NCBI GenBank assembly: GCA_017546635.1
Contig: JAFYSC010000049.1
Span: forward strand, 12,442-76,441
From: Bacteroidaceae bacterium
GTDB lineage: Bacteria; Bacteroidota; Bacteroidia; Bacteroidales; Bacteroidaceae
Length of the DNA: 64,000 nucleotides
Direction: 5' to 3'
Positions 44,922-54,293 of this stretch are shown in pieces. Below the pieces are notes generated by a model. That model did not search any database. It was not told the DNA's origin and was given only the letters and a program-made list of their open reading frames with translations. Position numbers and translations under genes: made by a program. Each line of letters opens with the position of its first letter. Positions within the stretch are counted from its first letter, which is position 1.

Positions 44922-46356
44922 GGAAACTGAAAAGCAGGATAGAGAATCCCAGGAACGACGAGCCGCCATAACTGAAGAACGGCAACGGTATTCCAATCAC
45001 AGGCATTATTCCCAGCACCATTCCCACATTAATGGTAAAATGGAAGAAGAATATTGCTGCAAGGGAGTATCCGTAGACACGTCCGAAGCGGTCGTTCTGC
45101 CGTTCGGCAAGATACATAAGCCTCAACACGAACGCAGCAAACACCAGAATAACGGCAACAGAGCCGGCAAAACCCTGCTCCTCGCCAATGGTACAGAAGA
45201 TAAAGTCGGTATCCTGCTCAGGGACATACTTGAGTTTTGTCTGTGTGCCGTTGAGGAATCCCTTACCCGTTACCCCACCCGAACCAATGGCTATCTTGGA
45301 CTGATGGACATTATACCCGGCTCCGGCAAGGTCTTCCTTGAGTCCCAGAAGGACCTCTATTCGGGTTCTCTGATGCTCCTTGAGCACATTGTGCATCACA
45401 TAGTCGCACGACGCGTAGAAGGCAAGCGAGCCTACTATGAAAAGCACCACCCACAGGTTATCCTTCTCCTTTTCGAGGCGTACGCGCAGCAGCAGATATA
45501 TTACGTTGAATGCAACAAGCAGATACTGCACTATAATGATATTGAACGATATCAGATATATTGCAATCCAATAGCAACCCAATGTTCCCACTACATTTAC
45601 TACAAAAAGCACAAGGGCACTCTTGTCGTACTTGCACCAGAACTTTACCATAGCAAGCGAGAAGAGCTGTATTAGCACAAGTACCGCATAGTGCCCCACA
45701 GAGACATCCAGCGACTCGAAATGCACTTCGCCGAACCTTATTCCCACAATGAAATAGACTATTGCGCTGACTGCTGTCAGGAGTACAAGACCCGTCATTC
45801 CCTCGCGGTACAGCACAATGAAGAACGAGAGGTATACAAGAGCGCTTCCCGTCTCACGTTGTCCCACAATCACCAGCATAGGCAGCATGAACAGAACCAG
45901 ACTGCCTATAAGGTCGCCTTTCTTCTGCAGCGAAAAGCCGTGACGGCTCATAAAGCTTGCCAATGCAAGCGTGGTAGCGAATTTCATGAACTCGGCAGGC
46001 TGGAGACTGAACGAACTTCCGAGACTTATCCACGAGCGCGAGCCCTTGATATCGCGTGCAATGAATATTGTCACAATGCACAGCAGGGTAAAGAATATAT
46101 ATATTATGAACGACCAGTCCTTATATATGCGCTTGTCGAAACAGAGCAGTATGATTCCTGTAAAGAATGACACTCCCATCCACATAGCCTGTTTGCCAGT
46201 TCGCTCACCGAGGCTCAGGAATTCAAGAAAATCGCTCTCTATATAGCTGTAGCTGGCACCGCAGATGGCAAACCATCCCATAATGCCCAGCGACAGATAG
46301 AGCGCTATTGTCACCCAATCTATTTTGTGCAGTATGTTACCTCTCTCCCTCTCCAT
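44887..46356 (-). CDS. rodA: peptidoglycan glycosyltransferase RodA (FtsW/RodA/SpoVE family)
   Basis: Polytopic membrane protein with the SEDS blocks PAEFMKF, VPEQDTDFIF and GIPLPFFSYGGSS. Confidence 0.9.
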   Translation of the reverse strand: MERERGNILHKIDWVTIALYLSLGIMGWFAICGASYSYIESDFLEFLSLGERTGKQAMWMGVSFFTGIILLCFDKRIYKDWSFIIYIFFTLLCIVTIFIARDIKGSRSWISLGSSFSLQPAEFMKFATTLALASFMSRHGFSLQKKGDLIGSLVLFMLPMLVIVGQRETGSALVYLSFFIVLYREGMTGLVLLTAVSAIVYFIVGIRFGEVHFESLDVSVGHYAVLVLIQLFSLAMVKFWCKYDKSALVLFVVNVVGTLGCYWIAIYLISFNIIIVQYLLVAFNVIYLLLRVRLEKEKDNLWVVLFIVGSLAFYASCDYVMHNVLKEHQRTRIEVLLGLKEDLAGAGYNVHQSKIAIGSGGVTGKGFLNGTQTKLKYVPEQDTDFIFCTIGEEQGFAGSVAVILVFAAFVLRLMYLAERQNDRFGRVYGYSLAAIFFFHFTINVGMVLGIMPVIGIPLPFFSYGGSSFLGFSILLFSFLRVDADRNVRL

Positions 46357-48184
46357 AATATATTATCCTGTCCTGTATCTCCTTTGCTTTTTTAAGACTC
46401 TCATCGGAGAGCGTGTCATTAAGGTATTTCTCCATTATAAGCTTACCTATGGGCACTCCGTAGGTAGCGCCGAAGCCTCCGTTCTCGACGTATACGGCCA
46501 CAGATATCTTGGGGTCGTCCATTGGTGCGAAACCGATGAATGCCGAGTGGTCCTTGCCCTTATTCTCGGCAGTTCCAGTCTTTCCGCACACCTCGATTCC
46601 CGGAATGGCCGCTCCTCGACAGGTACCGTCTGTCACAGCCTGACGCATACCTTTCACAACATCCTCATAAGCAGCCCTGCCCGCCTTTGTCGGGCGGTGC
46701 TCGCGGTAGATGCCAGGCAAGGTGTCGCCCTCGATACTGCTTACAAGATGCGGAGTGACGAATGTTCCCCTATTGGCAATAGTAGCGCAGAGGTTGGCTA
46801 TCTGCAGGGGGGTGAGCGTCACCTCGCCCTGTCCAATGGCAATACTGATTACCGTCACAGCATTCCAATAGTTGCCGTAGTGACGTGAGTAGTATTTTGA
46901 GTTAGGTATCATTCCTCGTGCCTCGCCCGGAATGTCTATACCCAACTTGTATCCGAAGCCCATTGAGACCATATAGTCGCGCCACACATCCATTGCCTCC
47001 TGTGCACCCTTGTACTTGCCCGAAGAGAACATTCGCACAAGCCCCCAACAGAAATAGGCATTGCACGATGTTGCAATTGCCGGGTATAGCGGCAGGGGCG
47101 AGCCGTGGGCGTGGCATCCGAGCTTGAACTTATTGTAGCGGAAGCCTTTTGAGCAGTGGAAATTGGTCTCGTGTGTTATTACGCCCTCCTGCAGGAATGT
47201 CAGTGCCTGAGAAGTCTTGAATGTAGAGCCGGGAGGATATGTTCCCATCACGGCGCGGTTCATAAGAGGCTTGCGCTTGTCCTGCGACAGCTGCTCATGG
47301 TTCTCGCCTCGCTGACGGCCTACCAGCAGACGCGGGTCGTACGATGGTGACGACACCATACACAGAATCTCTCCTGTAGAGGGTTCTATCGCTACAATAC
47401 TGCCGATTTTATTCTGCAGCAGCCGCTCTCCGAGTTCCTGCAGTTCAATGTCAATGCCAAGTGTAAGGTTCTTTCCCGGGACAGGCAGCGTATCGTATGC
47501 ACCGTCGCGGTAGTTGCCCTGTATACGTCCGTATGCATCGCGGAGCAGCATCTCGGTGCCCTTCTCGCCGCGCAGCACCTCTTCGTATGATGCCTCCAAT
47601 CCCTGCGTGCCTATATAGTCGCCACGTGTGTAGTAAGGGTCGCTGTCGATCTTCTTCTGCGATACCTCGCCAATGTCGCCGAACAGCACTCCCGCAGCTC
47701 CGTGAGTATATTGGCGTATAGAACGCTTGCGCACATAAAATCCCGGGAAACGGTAGAGTTTCTCGTTGAAGGGTGCAAACTCCTCGGCCGAGAGACGTGT
47801 CATAAACGACTGTTCGGTATAGGACGAATAGCCGCGGCTTTTGCGTATGAGTGCCATACGTTTCTCAAAATCGTCGCGGGTGATACCGAGGGCGCTGCAC
47901 AGTTCAAGCGTATCGGTCTTTTTTATCTCTCGGGGAATGAACGTTATGTCGTATGCGGGTTGGTTATATACCAGAAGCCTGCCCTTGCGGTCGTACATAA
48001 GTCCGCGGGCCGGATAGACAGTCTTTTTATAGAAAGCGTTGCTGTCGGCCTTATCCTTGTACTCCTCGTTGAGTATCTGAAGATTGAAAAGGCGCACGAT
48101 ATATACAGCTACCACAAGAAGGACAATGCCTCCGAGCACATATTTGCGTTTTTCGTACTTGAATTCGTTGTATGCGTTACTCAT
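46337..48184 (-). CDS. mrdA: penicillin-binding protein 2 (elongasome transpeptidase)
   Basis: N-terminal TM anchor, an SxxK motif (GSTFK), an SxN motif (SCN), and KTG (GKTGTAE). Confidence 0.9.
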   Translation of the reverse strand: MSNAYNEFKYEKRKYVLGGIVLLVVAVYIVRLFNLQILNEEYKDKADSNAFYKKTVYPARGLMYDRKGRLLVYNQPAYDITFIPREIKKTDTLELCSALGITRDDFEKRMALIRKSRGYSSYTEQSFMTRLSAEEFAPFNEKLYRFPGFYVRKRSIRQYTHGAAGVLFGDIGEVSQKKIDSDPYYTRGDYIGTQGLEASYEEVLRGEKGTEMLLRDAYGRIQGNYRDGAYDTLPVPGKNLTLGIDIELQELGERLLQNKIGSIVAIEPSTGEILCMVSSPSYDPRLLVGRQRGENHEQLSQDKRKPLMNRAVMGTYPPGSTFKTSQALTFLQEGVITHETNFHCSKGFRYNKFKLGCHAHGSPLPLYPAIATSCNAYFCWGLVRMFSSGKYKGAQEAMDVWRDYMVSMGFGYKLGIDIPGEARGMIPNSKYYSRHYGNYWNAVTVISIAIGQGEVTLTPLQIANLCATIANRGTFVTPHLVSSIEGDTLPGIYREHRPTKAGRAAYEDVVKGMRQAVTDGTCRGAAIPGIEVCGKTGTAENKGKDHSAFIGFAPMDDPKISVAVYVENGGFGATYGVPIGKLIMEKYLNDTLSDESLKKAKEIQDRIIYYGEGER

Positions 48185-48190
48185 AGCCTC

Positions 48191-48691
48191 TTATTTACGT
48201 GTAAAGAACTCGGCAACGATTATGAAAAGCATTGTGAGCAGCGTGCTCAGTGACGCTCCTATGAGCAGCGGCAACGGATAGTGTACAGTAAAGAGCTCAA
48301 GCAGATAGAGCACGATATAAAAGAGCAGCACGCAGACAGACGAGTAACTGATGTAGCGTCCGGCCTTTATTGACTTCACGCCTGGCACAAGGTCGTCGGC
48401 AAAGCCTTTGGGGATAAAACGCTCCAACACCATATTACGGACAAAAGCCAATGCACAGGTTGCGGCAGCGTGTATTCCGGGGGTGTTTCCAAAGACATCT
48501 ATCACAAGTCCCATAAGAAAGCCCCATACCAGCAGTTCGTTCCTTGATGTATGACGCGGCAGCTTGAGCAGGAATATGAGCGCTATGCAGGCTGTCGCAT
48601 AACCGAAGAGATGTATATGCGCAAATATCAGAACCTGCACCAGAGTGAACAGTACAAAGTCGCGCAGTCTTATGAGGTAGATGGCTGTCAT
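48191..48691 (-). CDS. mreD: rod shape-determining protein MreD
   Basis: Small polytopic membrane protein located between mreC and mrdA. Confidence 0.8.
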   Translation of the reverse strand: MTAIYLIRLRDFVLFTLVQVLIFAHIHLFGYATACIALIFLLKLPRHTSRNELLVWGFLMGLVIDVFGNTPGIHAAATCALAFVRNMVLERFIPKGFADDLVPGVKSIKAGRYISYSSVCVLLFYIVLYLLELFTVHYPLPLLIGASLSTLLTMLFIIVAEFFTRK

Positions 48692-49536
48692 TCTTTTGTG
48701 ATTTTTCTTTCAAGTTCCTTCTGTTCCTCGTAGCCATCCTTAGCCACAATGAACACCGATGATAGAGTCGAGAAGTTGACGAACAACTCCACGCGAGCAA
48801 GATAGAACATTCCGTCGGCCGAGTCCTCAATCTTGTCAATCACGCCTATGGGTATCTCCTCGGGGAATATGGCCGAGTGTCCGCTAGTGACGACCGTATC
48901 GCCCTTTGCTATGCGTGTGTGGCGCGGAAGGTCTACAAGATGCGAATAGCGTGTATCCTTGCCGTCCCACTGCAGTATGCTAGATGTATTGTCGCCACGC
49001 ACCTTGCAGCTGGTGCGGCTCTTGCTGTTGAGCAGGGGCAGTACAAGCGAGTAGTGCGTTGAACTCTGATAGATGATGCCCACCACTCCTTTGCTGTTGA
49101 ATACTCCCATCTCGCTCTTGATGCCGTCGTGAGCACCCTTGTTTATCACATAGAAGTTGTTTCCGGCTCCACTGTTGCCGCTTACGATTGCAGCCGTGTG
49201 GAAGTTGTATCCTGCACCTATCTGCTGTACGACTGAGTCGGTGAACAGCGCCTCGCGGCTCTTCAGTTCGGCAATCCGGTTGCGCAGCAAGGCATTCTCT
49301 TCTACAAGCTCCCTGTTGTGTGCAAGCAAGGACTCATTCTCGTCTTGCAGTCCGAAGTAGGTATCTACATTGGCAATAGCCGAATACAATCCCCCTACAG
49401 CACCGTTGGCAGCAGTAAAAAAAGTCGCACCCTGATAGTTGTTGAAACGTACAATAAGCATAAAACTGATTCCTTCCAATAGAATGAAAAGGAACCAGTG
49501 ATTATGCTTTATAAGGAAGTTAAGTATCGTTTGCAC
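48688..49536 (-). CDS. mreC: rod shape-determining protein MreC
   Basis: N-terminal TM segment, a coiled coil (ENALLRNRIAELK), and beta-barrel domains (GDTVVTSG). It follows mreB. Confidence 0.85.
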   Translation of the reverse strand: MQTILNFLIKHNHWFLFILLEGISFMLIVRFNNYQGATFFTAANGAVGGLYSAIANVDTYFGLQDENESLLAHNRELVEENALLRNRIAELKSREALFTDSVVQQIGAGYNFHTAAIVSGNSGAGNNFYVINKGAHDGIKSEMGVFNSKGVVGIIYQSSTHYSLVLPLLNSKSRTSCKVRGDNTSSILQWDGKDTRYSHLVDLPRHTRIAKGDTVVTSGHSAIFPEEIPIGVIDKIEDSADGMFYLARVELFVNFSTLSSVFIVAKDGYEEQKELERKITKE

Positions 49537-49552
49537 TCTCTTTAACCTTTGT

Positions 49553-50572
49553 TTATCGCATCAAGAAGGGATAGTTGAGGTTTGTCAGTGCAAGCGCTGT
49601 ACCCTTTGCCACACAGTAGAGAGGATTCTCGGCAATGTGGAAGGGAATGTTGATTTTGTCGGACAGACGCTTGTCGAGTCCGCGAAGAAGAGCACCTCCA
49701 CCGGCAAGGTAGATACCGTTGTGTACAATGTCGGCATACAGTTCGGGAGGAGTAGCCTCAAGAGCACTGATGATGGCATTCTCTATCTTGACGATAGACT
49801 TGTCGATACAGTGCGCAATCTCCTGATAGCATACGGGAACCTCCATAGGCATTGCCGTTATCTTGTTAGGACCGTGTACTATGTAATCCTGAGGTGCATT
49901 CTCACCAAGCTCGGTAAGTGCCGAACCTACGTGTATCTTGATACGCTCCGCCATACGCTCGCTGACGCGGACATTGTGCTGGCGGCCCATATACTCCTGG
50001 ATGTCGGCTGTAAAGTCGTCACCCGCAATTCGCAGCGAACCGTTCGACACGATGCCTCCGAGTGATATAACGGCAATCTCGGTAGAACCGCCACCTATAT
50101 CTACGACCATATTGCCTTCGGGGGCTGTAACGTCGAGTCCGATACCCAATGCCGATGCCATAGGCTCGTAGATGAGATATACGTCACGACCGCCTGCGTG
50201 CTCTGCCGAGTCACGGACGGCACGGAGCTCAACCTCGGTCGAGCCGTAGGGAACGCCTATCACCATACGCAACGAGGGAGTGAAGAGCTTGCTGCCCATA
50301 TTCACCTTCTCGATGAGTCCGCGCATCATCTGCTCGCAAGCGTTGAAGTCGGCAATCACACCGTCGCGCAGGGGGCGTATTGTCTGTATGTTGGGGTTGG
50401 TCTTCTCGTGCATCTGCTTGGCACGCTCACCAACGGCAATCATCTTTTTTGTGCTGTTGTCAATGGCTACTACAGAGGGCTCGTCTACCACAATCTTACC
50501 GTTGTAGGTGATGATGGTATTCGCGGTTCCCAAGTCAATGGCAACATCCTGTGTGAATGAAAAAAGTCCCAT
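49553..50572 (-). CDS. mreB: rod shape-determining protein MreB
   Basis: MGLFSFTQDVAIDLGTANT...VVDIGGGSTEIAVISLGG are the actin-like ATPase motifs. ATG at 50572 chosen over the track start at 50635. Confidence 0.95.
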   Translation of the reverse strand: MGLFSFTQDVAIDLGTANTIITYNGKIVVDEPSVVAIDNSTKKMIAVGERAKQMHEKTNPNIQTIRPLRDGVIADFNACEQMMRGLIEKVNMGSKLFTPSLRMVIGVPYGSTEVELRAVRDSAEHAGGRDVYLIYEPMASALGIGLDVTAPEGNMVVDIGGGSTEIAVISLGGIVSNGSLRIAGDDFTADIQEYMGRQHNVRVSERMAERIKIHVGSALTELGENAPQDYIVHGPNKITAMPMEVPVCYQEIAHCIDKSIVKIENAIISALEATPPELYADIVHNGIYLAGGGALLRGLDKRLSDKINIPFHIAENPLYCVAKGTALALTNLNYPFLMR

Positions 50573-50645
50573 TTTTGTAGAAACTGTCTTTTGCTGTTTA
50601 ATAAAAATGAGCAGAGGGATACCTGTCGCAGGCACCCCGTGCTTT

Positions 50646-52169
50646 TTAGTGCTTAAAGTGGCGGAATCCGGTTGTCACCATTGAAACGCCGTTAGCGTCG
50701 CAATAGTCTACCGACTCCTTGTCCCTTATCGAGCCACCCGGATGGATAACTGCGGTAACGCCTGCTTCGTGTGCAATCTGCACGCAGTCGGGGAAGGGGA
50801 AGAACGCGTCGCTTGCCATTACTGCGCCCTGCAGAGAGAAACCGAACGAGCCGGCCTTCTCGATAGCGTGTCTGAGCGAGTCTACACGTGATGTCTGACC
50901 TACGCCGCTTGCAATGAGCTGCTTGCCCTTTGCAAGTACAATGGCGTTGCTCTTGCTGTGCTTTACAATCTTGTTCGCAAAGAGCATATCCTCTACCTCC
51001 TGGGCTGTAGGCTGAGCCTGTGATACAGTGCTCAACTCCTCGACGCTCTCAACCTTTGCATCACGGTCCTGTACAAGCACACCGTTGAGCACGCTGCGGA
51101 ATGTACGGGCGGGCATCTCGTTGCACTTGTGAACAAGTATAATGCGGTTCTTCTTCTGCTTGAGGACCTCGAGTGCATCCTCGTCGTATGAAGGAGCGAT
51201 GATTACCTCAAAGAAAATTTCGTTGATAGCCTCGGCTGTCGCCTTGTCTATAGCAGCATTAGCAATGAGCACACCACCGAATGCCGATACGGGGTCGCCT
51301 GCAAGAGCATCCTTCCAAGCCTCGAGGATTGTAGGACGTGAAGCAAGGCCGCAAGCATTGTTGTGCTTGAGGATAGCGAATGTTGTATCGCCGGCAAAAT
51401 CGGCAATGAGTTCCACTGCTGCGTGGATGTCAAGAAGGTTGTTGTACGAAATCTCCTTACCGTGTATCTGGTCGAAGATTTTGTTGAAGTCGCCGTAGAA
51501 GGCACCCTTCTGATGGGGGTTCTCACCGTAGCGCAGGCTCATAGGAGAATCCTGTGCGCAACGGAATGCGCTCTGCTCCTCACCTGTAAAGTAGTTGAAG
51601 ATAGCCGAATCGTAAGACGATGACACAGCAAACGCCTCACGCGCAAAGAAACGACGCTCCTCGAGTGTTGTCTGCGCACCGTTGCTCTTGAGAATATCGA
51701 GCAGGGGCTGGTACTGGCCCTTGCTGGCAACAATCACCACGTCGTTGAAGTTCTTTGCAGCACCACGTATGAGCGAAATACCGCCTATATCGATTTTCTC
51801 GATGATATCGGCCTCGCAAGCACCCGATGCAACAGTCTGCTCAAAGGGATAAAGGTCCACAATAACCAAGTCAATCTCGGGAATCTCATACTCGGCCATC
51901 TGTTGCTGGTCCTTCTCAAGTTCGCGACGGCCCAAGATACCACCGAACACTTTGGGATGAAGGGTCTTTACACGACCGCCCAAGATAGAAGGATAACCAG
52001 TAAGGCTCTCTACCGCAGTACAAGGAATATCAAGAGACTCGATAAACTGCTGTGTACCTCCGGTTGAAATGAGTTTCACACCCTCGGCGTGAAGCAATTT
52101 GATAATTTCATCCAATCCGTCCTTGTGAAAGACAGACACTAAAGCCGATTTAATTCTTTTTGTTGACAT
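50646..52169 (-). CDS. purH: bifunctional AICAR transformylase / IMP cyclohydrolase
   Basis: ALVSVFHKDGL...STGGT...VKTLHPKVFGGIL...LKHNNACG...VIHPGGSIRD are PurH blocks. Confidence 0.95.
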   Translation of the reverse strand: MSTKRIKSALVSVFHKDGLDEIIKLLHAEGVKLISTGGTQQFIESLDIPCTAVESLTGYPSILGGRVKTLHPKVFGGILGRRELEKDQQQMAEYEIPEIDLVIVDLYPFEQTVASGACEADIIEKIDIGGISLIRGAAKNFNDVVIVASKGQYQPLLDILKSNGAQTTLEERRFFAREAFAVSSSYDSAIFNYFTGEEQSAFRCAQDSPMSLRYGENPHQKGAFYGDFNKIFDQIHGKEISYNNLLDIHAAVELIADFAGDTTFAILKHNNACGLASRPTILEAWKDALAGDPVSAFGGVLIANAAIDKATAEAINEIFFEVIIAPSYDEDALEVLKQKKNRIILVHKCNEMPARTFRSVLNGVLVQDRDAKVESVEELSTVSQAQPTAQEVEDMLFANKIVKHSKSNAIVLAKGKQLIASGVGQTSRVDSLRHAIEKAGSFGFSLQGAVMASDAFFPFPDCVQIAHEAGVTAVIHPGGSIRDKESVDYCDANGVSMVTTGFRHFKH

Positions 52170-52493
52170 AGCTATATTAATTTTAATTTACATATTCAAG
52201 AAGAAACGCATATTGCGCTAATACACAATAAATTATGACAACAGACCAAAAATACGTCATAATTCTTTGCGAAGTTAGCTTTTTTCCTCCGATTTCGCAC
52301 TATAAAACAGATGCTATTTTAAAATAAAAAACATTTCCAACAAGCCCGTCAGCAGCTATAAAAAACGCATATTTAACTCTTATTTATACAAAAAGAGAAT
52401 TTCTATTTTCAGAATTTGTTTTTTTCATTTTTTTACCATAGTTTTATAGCCGTGAGATACAAGATATAGTTGTAACCTATAAAAGAATGCCTT

Positions 52494-52676
52494 ATGACTG
52501 TATGGATAATAATTGCAGGTGTGCTAGTTTTTGCCTTTTTGTATAAGGTTATTAAAGGCATTATCAAAATCCGTCGTAAGGGAAGTGAAGACTACTACAT
52601 CCCGGTAATGAAAACGAGGAAAAAGAGGAAGGACTTCTTCAGACGGTTCAAGTATCTTGAGGGGCTGGGCGACTGA
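52494..52676 (+). CDS. possible small single-pass membrane protein (unsupported beyond the ORF itself)
   Basis: 60 aa with an N-terminal hydrophobic helix (VWIIIAGVLVFAFLY) and a very basic tail. It sits in an otherwise ORF-free AT-rich gap. No homology recognised. Confidence 0.3.
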   Translation: MTVWIIIAGVLVFAFLYKVIKGIIKIRRKGSEDYYIPVMKTRKKRKDFFRRFKYLEGLGD

Positions 52677-52712
52677 CCTGCCCCTCATTTGTATCCGACT
52701 AGAGAACAAAGG

Positions 52713-54242
52713 TCATTCACTATCTCTCTTTATGAATTCTATCGCCTTGAAACGGTCAATCTGCAATACGAATGTATGCGGATTCTTCTCGTGTATTATG
52801 GGGCGGAATATCTCGGGATGGCGTTGCGTGCAAGGAAGCAGATATTCGAATGTGGCCGGATAGCCGAGCTGGTCTATAACCACATATCCAACCTTCTTGT
52901 CGACAAGATCCCTTATAAGCGCTTTCTCGTCGCTTGTCTCCAGGAAATATTTGCCCCTCAACCCCGAATGAAGATAGAAAAGTTCGGGCTTACGTGTTGC
53001 CACAATGGCATTCCTGTCGTATTGGCGTAGAGCCTGCCCCACAAGGAAAAAATTCTTGAGATTGTCGGGGGTATCCATCTTGCCATACACGTATAATCCC
53101 CAAATTGTATGCTTGTTGTTTATCTCAATGGTCTTGAAAATTGGAAAAATTGGAAGGAACAGCAGTGCCAGAAGCCACGGAGTGAGCTCCTTGCCTGTGA
53201 GGCGTTTGCAGCATAGTGTTCCAATCTTCCATATCCCCGTCATAAATGCCGCAGTAAGCAACGGAAGCACTATCACAATATAACGGTAGCGGCTTGGGGT
53301 GTCTATTAGCGACACGACGAGCAATGTACCTGCGAGCGCAAGCAGTATCGGCAGACGCAGCCTCTTCATTGCCCACGCTCCGTAAATAATGAGCACCAGC
53401 CACACTGCGGCAATGAGCCACGTCTGAGCGTCGGGTACAGCGTCGTAGTCAATGTCCATGAAGGGAATGATACTCTCGGGTATCGCCTGCGACACGAGCA
53501 TCTTGAGCGTGTCGGCAATCTTTGCAGGCTCTATCTGTTCAATGTAGCGCGACTGTCCCAGGCCCAGCAGGGCGTTGCGTATTGCCCAGGGGGCGTAACC
53601 CACTGTGAATGCCGCAGCAACCGCCATTGCCGAGCGCCACCTCTTTGCAAGCAAAAATGTAACAGCAAAGGCGGCAATGAGCGCCATACACTGAGTACGT
53701 ATGTAAAAGGAAAAGACAAGGGCTGCCAGAAAGCAGTAGAACAGCGGGGAGCGCCACTGCTCCCGCTCCTCTTGCGGCATACGCATATAGAGCCAAAGAA
53801 CAAGCATTATGCAGCAGATGCACGACGCCTCGCTCATCATTATTGTCGAGAATTCGAGTATATGCGGCGTCACAATCACCGCAGAGCATATGAGGAACGA
53901 CAATGAACGCTTCAATCCAGCCCCTGTGAGTATAAAAAAGAGCAGCACGACACCCGCTCCCAAGAACACAAGGTTCAATACCTTCTGCGCTATAATGCTG
54001 CTTGTAAAGAGACGCAACGGAGCCATCAGCAGCGGGTACCCGGGAGGGAAATTGTTGGTGGGTTCACCGAACATATCGGCATATCCGCGTCCCGCAGCCA
54101 AAGAGGTCGCATTGGCATAGTAGTAGCAGTTGTCGCCGTTAAAATCGGGCTTTGGGTTGAATACAAAAGAGAACACCGTGACTGCCACCACAAGCAGGGC
54201 GGCGAGCCACGGCAGGTCCTGTAATTTATTGTTCTTTGTCAT
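52713..54242 (-). CDS. ArnT/PMT-like GT-C-fold membrane glycosyltransferase (GT39/GT83-like)
   Basis: About 11 TM segments. The first loop has the GDNCYYYANATSLAAGRGY...PPGYPLL pattern typical of ArnT-like enzymes. C-terminal soluble domain. Confidence 0.7.
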   Translation of the reverse strand: MTKNNKLQDLPWLAALLVVAVTVFSFVFNPKPDFNGDNCYYYANATSLAAGRGYADMFGEPTNNFPPGYPLLMAPLRLFTSSIIAQKVLNLVFLGAGVVLLFFILTGAGLKRSLSFLICSAVIVTPHILEFSTIMMSEASCICCIMLVLWLYMRMPQEEREQWRSPLFYCFLAALVFSFYIRTQCMALIAAFAVTFLLAKRWRSAMAVAAAFTVGYAPWAIRNALLGLGQSRYIEQIEPAKIADTLKMLVSQAIPESIIPFMDIDYDAVPDAQTWLIAAVWLVLIIYGAWAMKRLRLPILLALAGTLLVVSLIDTPSRYRYIVIVLPLLTAAFMTGIWKIGTLCCKRLTGKELTPWLLALLFLPIFPIFKTIEINNKHTIWGLYVYGKMDTPDNLKNFFLVGQALRQYDRNAIVATRKPELFYLHSGLRGKYFLETSDEKALIRDLVDKKVGYVVIDQLGYPATFEYLLPCTQRHPEIFRPIIHEKNPHTFVLQIDRFKAIEFIKRDSE

Positions 54243-54293
54243 TTTCTTTGAAAAACGAGGCTGACAGTTCTTTCGGCCAGCCTCTTTATCTTT

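Noticed and set aside
52170-52500. Possible ZTP (pfl) riboswitch upstream of purH, and SAM riboswitch upstream of metF (40850-41096)
   Set aside because: I looked for the conserved cores by eye (the CCGCCUGGG-type 3' element for ZTP and the SAM-I/SAM-II core strings). I found none on the relevant strands. Only a covariance-model search could settle this.
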